Of a stretch of 64,000 nt of DNA, positions 50,894-60,528 are shown one piece after another. The position numbers were made by a program, and so were the translations under genes. Numbering within the stretch: position 1 is the first letter of the stretch; every line of letters begins with the position of its first letter. Location of the stretch: the NCBI GenBank assembly GCA_963769665.1, contig CAVYMQ010000002.1, positions 42,478 to 106,477 on the forward strand, given 5' to 3'. Below the pieces are notes generated by a model. That model did not search any database, was not told the origin of the DNA, and worked only from the letters and a program-made list of their open reading frames with translations. This DNA is from an uncultured Actinomycetes bacterium (GTDB lineage: Bacteria > Actinomycetota > Thermoleophilia > Gaiellales > Gaiellaceae).

Positions 50894-52401
50894 CGAAGGT
50901 TCTCGAGGTTCGCAACCTGGTCAAGGAGTACCCGGGCGTCAAGGCGCTCCAGGGTGTCGACCTCGACGTGCTCGAGGCCGAGGTTCACTGTCTGCTCGGG
51001 CCGAACGGCGCAGGCAAGTCGACGCTCATCAAGTGTGTCTCGGGCGCGGTGGAGCCGACCAGCGGCGAGATCCTCTTCATGGGCGAGCCGCTGCCGGCGG
51101 GGGATCCCGCGGGATCGCTGAAGCGCGGAGTGGCGACGATCTATCAGGAGCTCGATCTCGTCCCCGACCTGAGCGTCGCGGAGAGCATCTTCCTTGCGCA
51201 CGAGCCTCGCCGCGGCCCGCTGCTCGACCTCGACAAGATGTATCGCGACTCGGCTGCGCTGCTCGCGCGGCTCGGACACGAGTCGATCCCCGTGCGCGCG
51301 AAGGTGGGGAAGCTCCGGCCGGCGGCGCAGCAGATCGTGTCGATCGCTCGCGCGCTGTCGGGCAACGTGAAGTTGCTCGTCATGGACGAGCCTTCGGCGA
51401 TCCTCGACGACGCCGAGATCAGCACGCTCTTCGACGTCGTTCGCCGGTTGACCGCGGAGGGTGTCGGAGTCGTCTACATCTCGCACCGCCTGGACGAGAT
51501 CCGGCGCATCGGCGACCGCGTCACGGTCCTCGCCGACGGACGCACGACCGCGAGCGGTCTCCCTGCCACGACGCCGACCGGTGAGCTGGTCGAGCTCATG
51601 GTCGGGCGAAAGGTCGATCAGCTCTATCCGGACCGCCCGATCGGCACCGATCGTGTTCTGCTCGAGGTCCGAGACGCCAGGCGGCTGCCTGCAGTTCGCG
51701 GGGTCAGCCTCAAGGTGCACGCGGGCGAGGTCGTGGGCCTCGGAGGGCTCGTGGGCTCCGGCCGCACGGAGCTGCTCTGGTTGATCTACGGCCTCGACCA
51801 GCTCGAGGAGGGCGAGATCCTCGTCGAGGGCAAGCGGCTGCGGCCCGGCGCGCGCAACGCGATTCGCCGCGGTCTCGGGATGGCGCCGGAAGATCGCAAG
51901 TCGCAGGCGCTCGTTCTCGACTGGAGCGAGACGAAGAACGTGACGATCGCCGACCTGTCGCGCTTCTCACGCGTGCTGCTCGACGTCCGCAAGGAGCGCG
52001 AGAGCGCGCGCAAGGAACTGCGGGCGCTGAACACGGTGCCGGACGATCCGGACCGCATCGTTCGACTGCTCTCCGGTGGCAACCAGCAGAAGGTCGTGCT
52101 CGCGCGCTGGTTGCTCCACGGGTGCCGCGTGCTGCTGCTCGACGAGCCGACGCGCGGCGTCGACATCGCGACGAAGGCCGAGATCTACCGGATCATCGGG
52201 AAGCTCGCGCAGTCGGGTCTCGGTGTCCTCGTCGTCTCATCCGAGCTCGAGGAGCTCGCGCACATCTGCACACGCGTCCTCGTCATGCGCGACGGCGAGA
52301 TCGTCGCCGAAGTCGACGGTAAGGACGCCACAGAGCGAGAGCTCCTTCGGCACGCCGTCGCGCCCACCGATGCTCCCGTTCTCGTCGAGGAGGTTGTATG
52401 A
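50890..52401 (+). CDS. sugar ABC transporter ATP-binding protein (two ABC domains, RbsA/MglA-like)
   Basis: ATG at 50890 overlaps the previous stop. Walker A is GPNGAGKST, Walker B is LLVMDEPSA, and the second domain has LSGGNQQKV and LLLDEPTRGVD. Confidence 0.9.
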   Translation: MTKVLEVRNLVKEYPGVKALQGVDLDVLEAEVHCLLGPNGAGKSTLIKCVSGAVEPTSGEILFMGEPLPAGDPAGSLKRGVATIYQELDLVPDLSVAESIFLAHEPRRGPLLDLDKMYRDSAALLARLGHESIPVRAKVGKLRPAAQQIVSIARALSGNVKLLVMDEPSAILDDAEISTLFDVVRRLTAEGVGVVYISHRLDEIRRIGDRVTVLADGRTTASGLPATTPTGELVELMVGRKVDQLYPDRPIGTDRVLLEVRDARRLPAVRGVSLKVHAGEVVGLGGLVGSGRTELLWLIYGLDQLEEGEILVEGKRLRPGARNAIRRGLGMAPEDRKSQALVLDWSETKNVTIADLSRFSRVLLDVRKERESARKELRALNTVPDDPDRIVRLLSGGNQQKVVLARWLLHGCRVLLLDEPTRGVDIATKAEIYRIIGKLAQSGLGVLVVSSELEELAHICTRVLVMRDGEIVAEVDGKDATERELLRHAVAPTDAPVLVEEVV

Positions 52402-53420
52402 CCGCTCCTGCCCAACCGTCCGATCCCGGCCGCGGTGCCGCGCTCACGCAGCGCGTGAAGACGCTCGAGCTGCAGGAATACGCGCTGGCAATCGTCGTCG
52501 TCCTGCTGTTCGTCGCCGGTGCGATCCTGAAGCCCGACACGTTCCCGACCTGGGACAACGTCCGCAACATGCTGACGCAGGCGAGCGTCGTCGGCGTGCT
52601 CGCGATCGGCATGACCTTCGTGATCGCGACCGCCGGCATCGACCTGTCGGTGGGCTCGATGGTCGCGGCCGCCGGGGTCTTCGGAGGGATCATGGTCGGC
52701 ACGGACGGCACGAGCAGCCTCGTCTTCATCCTCGCGGCGATCGCGTTCGCGACCTTCCTCGGCACGGTCAACGCGACGGCCGTCGCCTACGGGCGGGTCG
52801 TTCCCTTCATCGCCACGCTCGCGATGTTCTCGGTCGCGAGGGGCCTTGCGCTGCTCCTGAACGACCAGCTACCAGTGAGCCTGCTCGACCTGAACGGAGG
52901 CTCGTTCGGCGATCCGCGCCCCTTCTCGCTGCTCTGGTTCGGCAACGGCCGGATCGGTGGGATTCCGGTGTCGGTGTACGTCTTCCTCGGGATCACGGTG
53001 ATCGGGTGGATCGTCCTGAACCGCACCCGCTACGGCCGCTACGTCGTGGCGGTCGGCGGCAACCGCGAAGCCGCCCGCATCGCAGGCGTCCCCGTCAGGC
53101 GGATCATCTTCAGCGTCTACGCCCTGTCCGGATTCCTCGCCGGAATCTCTGCCGTGCTCCTGTGCGCGCGGCTCGGGAGCGCCTCGCCGGTGAGCGGCAA
53201 CCTCTACGAGCTCGACGCGATCGGTGCGGTGGTGATCGGCGGGACCGCCCTCGCGGGAGGACGAGCGACGATCGTCGGCACGTTCCTCGGGGTGCTCACG
53301 TTCGCGCTCATCTTCAGCCTCATGACTCAGCTCAATCTGTCCACCGAGATCCAGCAGGTGACGAAGGGCTTGATCGTCCTCGGAGCCGTCCTGCTGCAGC
53401 GCCCGGAGGCGCGTTACTAA
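52398..53420 (+). CDS. sugar ABC transporter permease (RbsC-like)
   Basis: ATGA overlap. It is multi-TM with TAGIDLSVGS and GG.A..GGR.TI.GT motifs. Confidence 0.9.
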   Translation: MTAPAQPSDPGRGAALTQRVKTLELQEYALAIVVVLLFVAGAILKPDTFPTWDNVRNMLTQASVVGVLAIGMTFVIATAGIDLSVGSMVAAAGVFGGIMVGTDGTSSLVFILAAIAFATFLGTVNATAVAYGRVVPFIATLAMFSVARGLALLLNDQLPVSLLDLNGGSFGDPRPFSLLWFGNGRIGGIPVSVYVFLGITVIGWIVLNRTRYGRYVVAVGGNREAARIAGVPVRRIIFSVYALSGFLAGISAVLLCARLGSASPVSGNLYELDAIGAVVIGGTALAGGRATIVGTFLGVLTFALIFSLMTQLNLSTEIQQVTKGLIVLGAVLLQRPEARY

Positions 53421-53467
53421 TGCCCGACACGGCCGGGCGAAGCAGTCACAACAACGGGAGGTATGCA

Positions 53468-54499
53468 ATGTCGCGCAAGCGACTCCTCATCTCCATCGCA
53501 TCGGCTCTGCTGCTGGCGGTCGCTGCGACGGCATGCATGAGTGACAGCGAGACGGTCACGCAGACGGTCACAGTCGGCGAGACCACCGGCGGAACAGCGT
53601 CGGGCAAGACGGTGAAGATCATCGCGAGCGTCCCGCCGACCGACCACGGGTGGCTCGGCGCGATCTCGAAGAACGCCCAGGCCGCAGCCGACCAGTACGA
53701 CGACGTCGACTTCGAGCTGGTCCAGGCAGCGGACGCGGACTCGCAGGCTCAGCAGATCGAGCAGGCGATCGCTCAGAATCCGGACGTCATCGTCGTGCTG
53801 CCCCAGGACGGTGCCGCGCTGACGCCGGTTGCCCAGAAGGCCGAGCGTGCCGGTATCCGGGTCGTCAACATCGACCGCCTCTTCACCGCACCGGACGCCG
53901 CGACGGCAACCATCCTCGGCGACAACTACCAGATCGGCGTTCTGGCGGCGACCTACATCGCCGACCAGTTGAAGTGCCAGGGCAACGTCGTCGAGATCCA
54001 GGGTCTGGCCGGCATCTCGGTCACGACCGACCGGACGAAGGGCTTCACCGACACGCTCAAGCAGAAGTGCCCGGGTGGCGGCGTCAAGATCGTCGCGTCG
54101 CAGCCGGGCGACTTCAACCCCGACAAGGGGCTGACCGTGATGGAGAACATCCTGCAGGCCCAGAACAGCATCGACGCCGTGTACACGCACGACGACGACA
54201 TGGCGCAGGGCGTCGTCCAGGCGATCCGCAACGCGAACCGCGACGACGAGATGTTCCTGACCGGCGTCGGCGGGTCGCAGGACGCGATGAAGCAGATCAA
54301 GGAGGGCGGCCTCTACCGGGCCACGTTCCTCTACAACCCGAACATGGCGGCGACCGCCGTGAACATGGCGCGCCTGATCGGGCTCGGCCAGGGCTTCTCC
54401 GAGCTCGTTCCACCGGAGGTTCCGCGCACGCTGGTCGTCCCTGCTGCCGTTGTCACCAAGGACAACGTCGAGCAGTACGAGAAGTACGCGTTCAACTAA
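53468..54499 (+). CDS. sugar ABC transporter substrate-binding lipoprotein (RbsB-like)
   Basis: ATG at 53468 lies within ORF 52076..54499. It has the lipobox LLAVAATAC and periplasmic-binding-protein type I blocks. Confidence 0.85.
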   Translation: MSRKRLLISIASALLLAVAATACMSDSETVTQTVTVGETTGGTASGKTVKIIASVPPTDHGWLGAISKNAQAAADQYDDVDFELVQAADADSQAQQIEQAIAQNPDVIVVLPQDGAALTPVAQKAERAGIRVVNIDRLFTAPDAATATILGDNYQIGVLAATYIADQLKCQGNVVEIQGLAGISVTTDRTKGFTDTLKQKCPGGGVKIVASQPGDFNPDKGLTVMENILQAQNSIDAVYTHDDDMAQGVVQAIRNANRDDEMFLTGVGGSQDAMKQIKEGGLYRATFLYNPNMAATAVNMARLIGLGQGFSELVPPEVPRTLVVPAAVVTKDNVEQYEKYAFN

Positions 54500-54520
54500 C
54501 CCAATCGACCCCCACAGCGG

Positions 54521-54549
54521 CCCGCCGGATGACGACTTCGTCCGGCGGG
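54521..54549 (+). terminator. hairpin after the ABC operon
   Basis: CCCGCCGGA...TCCGGCGGG forms a 9-bp stem with an 11-nt loop. There is no strong T tract. Confidence 0.45.
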
Positions 54550-54766
54550 TCGCGCCGTCGCCGGAAGCGGATCCGGCCGGCTCACGCAGGCGCAGGCGGA
54601 CGAGCACCTCGCGAACGCCGAGGCGCGGTTCACGGATCTCGTGAACGGCACGAGGCCCGAAGGCGGCCGGCACGGGTTCGGCAGCCCCCCGGCAGCGAGG
54701 CAATCCGCCGACGCGTAGGCACTTCGCGCCGCAGCCGTCCCGCGCCGGGCGGCTGCGGCCAACGCC

Positions 54767-55435
54767 TCAGGCGGTCGTGCGTGCCCGGTCGAGGCCGTCG
54801 AGAATGAGGTCGAGCCCCATCTCGAACCCGCTCGTCTCCTCGTCGTGCGGCTCGATGTGCTGGTGGATGTGCTCGACGAGGTCGGGGTACTCCTCGACGG
54901 GGATCTGCTCGAGGAAGCCCGCGGCCAGGTCGGCGAGCTCCTCGCCCTTGTACGGGAAGTTGAGCTGCTGGAGCGTGTAGCCCAGGACGTAGCTCTCGAG
55001 GATGTGAAACGCGTGGTAGATCAGCTCGGGCGAGAAGCCCGCCTCGCGCAGCGTCCTGAGCATCCAGTCGCCGTTTCGCAGCCGTGCCGGGCCGCCGCCC
55101 TGCGACATCCAGATGCTCGTTGCCCAGCGGTGGCGCAGGAGAACATCGCGGGACGAGATCGCGTTCCTGCGCATCGCGAGCTTCCAGTCGTTCTCGTCGG
55201 AAGGCAGATCGAACTCGCCCGCGACGAGGTCGATGATGCCGCCCAGGATCTCGCCCTTGTTGGCGACGTGGTTGTACAGCGACATCGCCTCGACCCCGAG
55301 CTCCTTCGCGAGCCTGCGCATGCTGAGGGCGTCGATTCCCTCCGCGTCGGCGAGCTCGATCGCGGCGCGCAGGACCCGCTCCTTGCTGAGAGGGGTACGA
55401 GGCGCTGCTGCATGCGGGTCGGTTTGCCTGGCCAT
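54767..55435 (-). CDS. TetR-family transcriptional regulator
   Basis: The HTH region is ERVLRAAIELADAEGIDALSMRRLAKELGVEAMSLYNHV, with a TetR-C-like tail. Confidence 0.9.
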   Translation of the reverse strand: MARQTDPHAAAPRTPLSKERVLRAAIELADAEGIDALSMRRLAKELGVEAMSLYNHVANKGEILGGIIDLVAGEFDLPSDENDWKLAMRRNAISSRDVLLRHRWATSIWMSQGGGPARLRNGDWMLRTLREAGFSPELIYHAFHILESYVLGYTLQQLNFPYKGEELADLAAGFLEQIPVEEYPDLVEHIHQHIEPHDEETSGFEMGLDLILDGLDRARTTA

Positions 55436-55452
55436 ACGCCGTAAGCGTACGC
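55435..55452 (-). promoter_or_regulatory. operator-like motif copy (TACGCCGTAAGC)
   Basis: TACGCCGTAAGCGTACGCG abuts the TetR start codon and contains the inverted repeat TACGC-N5-GCGTA. Confidence 0.4.
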
Positions 55453-55455
55453 GCG

Positions 55456-56418
55456 TCAGACGGTGACGACGATCTTCCCCCGGGCGTGTCCTTCACCCAG
55501 GTACCTGAGCGCATCGGGCACCTGGCTCAGCTCGTAGCGCCGGTCGATGACCGACTTCACTTTTCCCTCCGCGAGCTGCTCGCTCATGAACGCGAGGTCC
55601 TCTTTCGTGATCTTGGCGACGAAGTTGACCACGCTCTGGCTTCGACCCAGTGACGTCAGACGGCTTCCGATGAGGTGCTTCAGAGGTCCGAGGCCACGCG
55701 CCGACATCGGCGCTCCGACCGCGACGACGATCGCGTTCGGTTGCAAGACGCGGCGGAACTCGAGGAACGGGCGGCTTCCCGCGATGTCGAGCATGAGATC
55801 GTGGTGCTCGCCGCTTCGCGTGAAGTCGTGCTTTGTGTAGTCGACGACGTGGTCCGCACCGAGCGAGCCGGCCTGGTCGACGTTCCGCGTGCTGCACACG
55901 GCGGTCACCTCGGCGCCGAACGACTTCGCGAGCTGAACGGCGTACGTGCCGACACCTCCGGACGCGCCGTTGATCAGCACCTTCTGCCCGGCCTGGACTT
56001 TCCCGTGGTCGCGCAGGGCCTGGAGCGCGGTGAGCGCTGCGACCGGCACGCCCGCCGCCTCCTCGTACGACACGTTGGCCGGCTTCTTGACGAGGCGAAC
56101 TTCACGGGCAGCTGCGTGTTCCGCCCAGGCTCCGCCCGAGGTGCCGAACACGTCGTCACCGACCTGGAACTCGGTGACGTCTTTGCCGACCGCTTCCACG
56201 CGTCCTGCCACGTCGCCGCCGATCGACGGGCTCTTCGGGCTGCGCAGCCCGCTGTCGAACCGGGCGAAGAACGGCCCTTGAACTCGGTACCACTCCGCCG
56301 GGTTCACCGAGGATGCGTGCACCTTCAGCAGCACCTGATGGTCTTCGATGACGGGCAGGTCGACGTCTCGGAGCTCGACCCCGTCGGAGCCGTACGTGTG
56401 GTGGACGATCGCCTTCAT
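55456..56418 (-). CDS. NAD(P)-dependent medium-chain dehydrogenase/quinone oxidoreductase
   Basis: The MDR fold has VLINGASGGVGTYAVQLAK for cofactor binding and a GroES-like N-terminus. Confidence 0.85.
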   Translation of the reverse strand: MKAIVHHTYGSDGVELRDVDLPVIEDHQVLLKVHASSVNPAEWYRVQGPFFARFDSGLRSPKSPSIGGDVAGRVEAVGKDVTEFQVGDDVFGTSGGAWAEHAAAREVRLVKKPANVSYEEAAGVPVAALTALQALRDHGKVQAGQKVLINGASGGVGTYAVQLAKSFGAEVTAVCSTRNVDQAGSLGADHVVDYTKHDFTRSGEHHDLMLDIAGSRPFLEFRRVLQPNAIVVAVGAPMSARGLGPLKHLIGSRLTSLGRSQSVVNFVAKITKEDLAFMSEQLAEGKVKSVIDRRYELSQVPDALRYLGEGHARGKIVVTV

Positions 56419-56420
56419 GC

Positions 56421-56600
56421 TCAGGCCGTCCGGGCCGCGAGCGGCCTGCGGTCGAGGCGATCCGCGAGGCAGCGCAGGGACGAAGCGAGGCGGTGGGCCG
56501 TCGCCGCACTGCGGAGACGTGCAACGGCCGCCTCCCGGCAGAGGTCGTCGGCCCGTTGGTGGGCGACGGCGAGCAGGTCGAGCGGGTGGGCGAGGAACAT
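56421..56600 (-). CDS. possible 59-aa leader-type protein (Ala/Arg/Leu-rich helical)
   Basis: GGAGG lies 7 nt before ATG 56600 and the stop lies 2 nt before the dehydrogenase ATG. The sequence is MFLAHPLDLLAVAHQRADDLCREAAVARLRSAA... Confidence 0.35.
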   Translation of the reverse strand: MFLAHPLDLLAVAHQRADDLCREAAVARLRSAATAHRLASSLRCLADRLDRRPLAARTA

Positions 56601-56625
56601 CGGGTGACCTCCAGGTTGATTACAG

Positions 56626-56670
56626 CGTAAGCGTACGCCGTAAGCTACACGTACGCCGTAAGCTTGTCAA
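56626..56670 (-). promoter_or_regulatory. promoter with two to three copies of the TACGCCGTAAGC operator motif
   Basis: The minus strand reads TTGACA, 17 nt, then TAGCTT. Plus-strand motif copies lie at 56634-45 and 56652-63, with a partial copy at 56626-32, and they overlap the spacer and the region after the -10. Confidence 0.45.
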
Positions 56671-57113
56671 GCCTGGAAGCCGAGCCTGCGGTGGCTTCCG
56701 TCGCAGAATGGCTTGTTCCCGGATGCGCCGCAGCGGCAGAGCGCGACGCGCGTGTCCTCGCGGACGAGTCGCCCGTCGGGATCGACGATCCGCACGTGGC
56801 CGCGCACGAACAGCGGGCCGTTCGGCCGCGGCTCGACGGCGGGAGGCTCCGTCGCCGTCTCCTGCGGCCCGCCGTCGAGGCGTCGGAAGTGCAACGCGCC
56901 GGTCGGGCAGGTGAGGACGGCCTCGGCGACCTGATCCGCGGTTGCTGCGTCGACGATCACCCACGGGCGCGCGTCCGGATCGAAGACCTGCGGCAGGCTG
57001 CGAACGCAGTTGCGCACGTGGATGCAGAGCCTCGGCTCCCAGTGCACCTCGATCGCCTCGTTCGCGTAGACGCGCCGCGGGCCGCGCTCCTGCTCCGGCG
57101 ACGGCTCGCTCAC
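56667..57113 (-). CDS. iron-sulfur protein with CDGSH-type motif
   Basis: GTG at 57113 overlaps the GNAT stop (GTGA). It has C..H..C......C-type N-terminal cysteines and C-terminal CRCGASGNKPFCDGSH. Confidence 0.7.
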   Translation of the reverse strand: MSEPSPEQERGPRRVYANEAIEVHWEPRLCIHVRNCVRSLPQVFDPDARPWVIVDAATADQVAEAVLTCPTGALHFRRLDGGPQETATEPPAVEPRPNGPLFVRGHVRIVDPDGRLVREDTRVALCRCGASGNKPFCDGSHRRLGFQA

Positions 57114-57397
57114 TTGACGATGTCCTCGTACTCGCGGTGGCGCCGAAGGTACGCGCCGACGAACGGGCACAACGGAACGACTCGGAGGCCGTGGGCGCGG
57201 ATGTCGTCCAGCGCGTATGCGACGAGCTGTTCGCCGAGCCCGTGGCCCTCGAGCTGCGGAGCGATCTCGGTGTGGATCAGGGTGACGACGCCGTCTCTCG
57301 CCCGGTAGATCAGCTCACCGACGACCTCGTCTTCGACGAGCAGCTCGTAGCGGTGAGCTGCGTCGTTGTCTCGAACCGTCGCTGCCAGCGCGGCCAT
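57110..57397 (-). CDS. small GNAT-family N-acetyltransferase (YjdJ-like)
   Basis: 95 aa with the block GHGLGEQLVAYALDDIRAHGLRVVPLCPFV. Confidence 0.75.
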   Translation of the reverse strand: MAALAATVRDNDAAHRYELLVEDEVVGELIYRARDGVVTLIHTEIAPQLEGHGLGEQLVAYALDDIRAHGLRVVPLCPFVGAYLRRHREYEDIVK

Positions 57398-57425
57398 CTC
57401 ACGACCTTAGCGACGCGGGTCGAGG

Positions 57426-58352
57426 CTACGTCTCGCCGAAGGGGCTGACGCTCGTGTACTTGAACCCCGTGTCGACCGCGAGCGTGACGATCACCGCCTC
57501 GGGGCCGAGTCGATTCGCGAGTCGGTGTGCGCCGACGACGTTCGCGCCCGTGGAGATGCCGGCGAAGATCCCTTCCTCGGCCGCGAGCCGACGCGTCATC
57601 GCGATCGCCTCGTCGTCGCCGATCGGCTCGAGGTGGTCCACCTTGTCGGCGTCCCAGTGCGGCATCACCAGGCCCGTCCAGCCCTGGATCAGGAACGGCC
57701 CCTGTGCGCCGCCGCTGATCGCCGCCGACGAGGCGGGCTCGTGCGCCTGGATGAACACGCCGTGGGGGCGCAGCGCCTCGGAGACGCCCAGCACCGAGCT
57801 CGCAGTGCCCATCCCGTGGCAGAACGCGGTGACGCGCCCCTCGGTCTGCTCCCAGATCTCCCGGCCGAGGTTGTCGCGATGGTCGGGGATGATGTACGGG
57901 TTGTTGAACTGGTCGGTCGCGTAGTGGCCGGGCTGCGCCGCGAGCTCGGCGGCGCGGGCGACCATGTTCTGGATGTCCTTCGCGGTGACCTTCGGACGCC
58001 CCTCGACGGACTTCACGACGTCGAGCTCTGCGCCGAGCGCACGCATCAGGTGGAACCGCTCCTTCGTGAAGCAGTCGGCGATCACGATCAGCGGGCGATA
58101 GCCCTTCGCGCGGCACACGAGCGCCAGCGCGGGGCCCGTGCTCCCGCCGGTGTACTCGACGATCGTGTCGCCCTGCGAGATCAGACCGTCCCGTTCTGCG
58201 CCCTCGATCATCGCGAGCGCCATTCGGTCCTTCATCGATCCCGTGGGGTTGCGGTACTCCAGCTTCAGCCAGAGTTCCGCCCCGTTCTCCGGCGCGCAGC
58301 GACGCACACGGACGAGCGGGGTGTCTCCGATCGTGTCGAGGATCGACGTCAT
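57426..58352 (-). CDS. cysteine synthase / PLP-dependent beta-replacement enzyme
   Basis: ATG at 58352 lies within ORF 57426..59147. It has the PLP-lysine motif NPTGSMKDR and GMGTASS and GISTGAN blocks. Confidence 0.85.
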   Translation of the reverse strand: MTSILDTIGDTPLVRVRRCAPENGAELWLKLEYRNPTGSMKDRMALAMIEGAERDGLISQGDTIVEYTGGSTGPALALVCRAKGYRPLIVIADCFTKERFHLMRALGAELDVVKSVEGRPKVTAKDIQNMVARAAELAAQPGHYATDQFNNPYIIPDHRDNLGREIWEQTEGRVTAFCHGMGTASSVLGVSEALRPHGVFIQAHEPASSAAISGGAQGPFLIQGWTGLVMPHWDADKVDHLEPIGDDEAIAMTRRLAAEEGIFAGISTGANVVGAHRLANRLGPEAVIVTLAVDTGFKYTSVSPFGET

Positions 58353-58385
58353 GCGTCTGAGGTCGCCGCGGCGAACGCGTTGTGA

Positions 58386-59237
58386 ATGCCAGTTCTGAAC
58401 AAGCGAACGACGCCCATGGCCACGCGAACGTATCCTGTTCCGATGCCGGCTGGAGACGCTGACCGGGACAAGGCCGTCAGCCACATCAGCCGGGCCTACC
58501 CCGACCGGGTCGAAGTGCGCGGCCGCGATCTGTGCGGCGACCTGATGGGCAGGTTGAGCTTCACCGAGTACTTCCACCTGCTGCTCACCGGGCGCGAGCC
58601 GACCGACGACCAGCGCTTCTTCCTCGACCTGCTGCTCGTCGCGATCGCCGAGCACGGGCTGATGCCGAGCAACATCGCCGCGCGCATGACGCTCGCCGCC
58701 GATCCGGAGTCGCTCCAGGGCGCGGTCGCGGCGGGGATCCTCGGCGCCGGGCCGGTCGTCCTCGGCACGTCGGAGTCCTGCGCACGGCTGCTCGAGGAAG
58801 CGCAGAAGGAGGTGGCGGCCGGCGGCGCACCTGCGACCGTCGCAGGTGACTTCGCGCGAGCGATTCATTCCGTGGGCGGCAAGGTGCCTGGTTTCGGTCA
58901 TCCGGTGCACCGTCCGCTCGACCCTCGTGCCGAGCGGATTCTCGTGCTCGCCGACTCGCGTGACGTGAGCGGGCCGCACGTTCTGCTTGCGCGCGCGTTG
59001 CGCGAGTCGGTCGCGGAGGTCTGGGAGAAGCCGCTCGCGATGAACGTCGCGATGCCGATTGCGGCGGTGATGCTCGACCTCGGCTTCTCGACCGACGTCG
59101 TGAAGTCCGTGCCCATTCTCGCGCGCACGGCCGGGTTGCTCGCGCACCTCGCCGAGGAGCAGGAGCGGCCGCTCGGCTTTCGGCTGGCAGCGGCGGCGGA
59201 GGAGGCGGTCGAGTACGAGCCCGATGCTCGCGCCTGA
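58386..59237 (+). CDS. citryl-CoA lyase / citrate-synthase-like protein
   Basis: LLLVAIAEHGLMPS, GFGHPVH and DPRA blocks are typical of the short citrate-synthase-family lyases. The start is uncertain (58386 or 58416). Confidence 0.7.
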   Translation: MPVLNKRTTPMATRTYPVPMPAGDADRDKAVSHISRAYPDRVEVRGRDLCGDLMGRLSFTEYFHLLLTGREPTDDQRFFLDLLLVAIAEHGLMPSNIAARMTLAADPESLQGAVAAGILGAGPVVLGTSESCARLLEEAQKEVAAGGAPATVAGDFARAIHSVGGKVPGFGHPVHRPLDPRAERILVLADSRDVSGPHVLLARALRESVAEVWEKPLAMNVAMPIAAVMLDLGFSTDVVKSVPILARTAGLLAHLAEEQERPLGFRLAAAAEEAVEYEPDARA

Positions 59238-60528
59238 AGTCGAGAGCCGCCCGTGGGCGGAGCAGCTCGGGGTCGACGCTGCGAGCTACCGCACGCAACT
59301 CGCCTATCTCTTCGAGCGCTCGGCGTTCTACCGCGCGAAGCTGACCGCTGCAGGGTTCGACTCCGACGATGCCGCGGGCGGGCTCGAGGAGATCGCACAG
59401 CTGCCGCTCACCGAGAAGCACGAGCTTCGCGCGACATGCACGCCCGACAACCCAATCGGCGCGCACCTCTGCGCGACACCGACCGAGATCGTGCGCATCT
59501 ACTCGACGAGCGGCACGACGGGAAGGCCGAGCTACGTTCCGCTCATGGCCGGGGACCTCGACAACTGGGTAACCGGCTCGGCTCGCAGCTACGCAGCCTC
59601 CGGCGTGGCGGCCGGCCAGCGAATCGTCTCCACGTACAACGCCGGGCCGTTCGTGGCAGGGGCGGCGCTCGCCTCGTTCGAGCGCATCGGGCTCACGCAC
59701 GTTCCGGTGGGGACCGGGAACACCGAGCGCCTGATGCTCGCCGTCGAGCTCCTCAGACCGGACGCCGTGGTGCTGACGCCCTCGTATGCCGCGTACCTCG
59801 TCGAGTGGGCTGCGGAGCGGAGCGTCGAGCTTCGAGAGTCGAGCGTCGCGCGCGTGCTCGTCGCCGGCGAGCCCGGCGGCGGTGAGCCTGCGTTCCGCTC
59901 GAAGCTCGAGGAAGGCTGGGGCGCGCAGGTCACCGAGGCGATGGGGATCGGCGACATCGGTGTGTCGCTGTGGGGTGAGTGCGAAGAGCGGGACGGCATG
60001 CACCTGGGAGCGCGCGGTTTCGTGCACCCCGAGTTGATCGACCCCGAGACGGGCGCCGCGATCGCGTTGGAGGACGGCGCTACGGGCGAGCTCGTGTTGA
60101 CCCACCTTCAGCACCGCGCGGCGCCGCTTCTGCGCTTCCGCACGCGTGATCACGTGCAGATGCGAATGAGCCCGTGTGCGTGCGGTCGCACGGGGCCGCG
60201 CGTGCGGTGCATCGGCCGGACCGACGACATGCTCATCGTCCGCGGCGTCAACGTCTTCCCATCGGCGATTCGTGAGGTAGTGAGCGCGTTCGCTCCGGCT
60301 GTGAGTGGTCACATCGTCGTCAAGCCGGTGACGCGGGGCGTGCAGCAGCAGCCGCCGCTTCCCGTGAGCGTCGAGCTCGCGCAGGGTGCGGCAGGAGACG
60401 ACGCGCTCGCGGACGCGATTCGGCAACGGCTGCGAGAGGCGCTCGTCGTCCAGACGCGCGTCGAGCTCGTGGCGTGGGGGAGCCTCGAGCGCAGCGAGTA
60501 CAAGTCGAAGCTGGTCGAGCACTCGTGA
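59224..60528 (+). CDS. phenylacetate-CoA ligase family (PaaK / F390-synthetase-like) adenylating enzyme
   Basis: YSTSGTTGRPSY P-loop-like motif, and TEAMG and RTDDMLIVRGVNVFP blocks. Confidence 0.8.
   Translation: MLAPEVESRPWAEQLGVDAASYRTQLAYLFERSAFYRAKLTAAGFDSDDAAGGLEEIAQLPLTEKHELRATCTPDNPIGAHLCATPTEIVRIYSTSGTTGRPSYVPLMAGDLDNWVTGSARSYAASGVAAGQRIVSTYNAGPFVAGAALASFERIGLTHVPVGTGNTERLMLAVELLRPDAVVLTPSYAAYLVEWAAERSVELRESSVARVLVAGEPGGGEPAFRSKLEEGWGAQVTEAMGIGDIGVSLWGECEERDGMHLGARGFVHPELIDPETGAAIALEDGATGELVLTHLQHRAAPLLRFRTRDHVQMRMSPCACGRTGPRVRCIGRTDDMLIVRGVNVFPSAIREVVSAFAPAVSGHIVVKPVTRGVQQQPPLPVSVELAQGAAGDDALADAIRQRLREALVVQTRVELVAWGSLERSEYKSKLVEHS

Noticed and set aside
58585-60522. 645-aa minus-strand ORF, and similar long ORFs such as 322..1056, 1008..1949, 14142..15719, 26001..27302, 45007..46305, 45555..46670, 47341..48207 and 53417..54703.
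   Set aside because: These are typical high-GC shadow ORFs. Their composition is extremely Arg/Ala/Pro/Gly-rich. They lie antisense or out of phase to genes with clear catalytic motifs, and no motifs of their own are recognisable.
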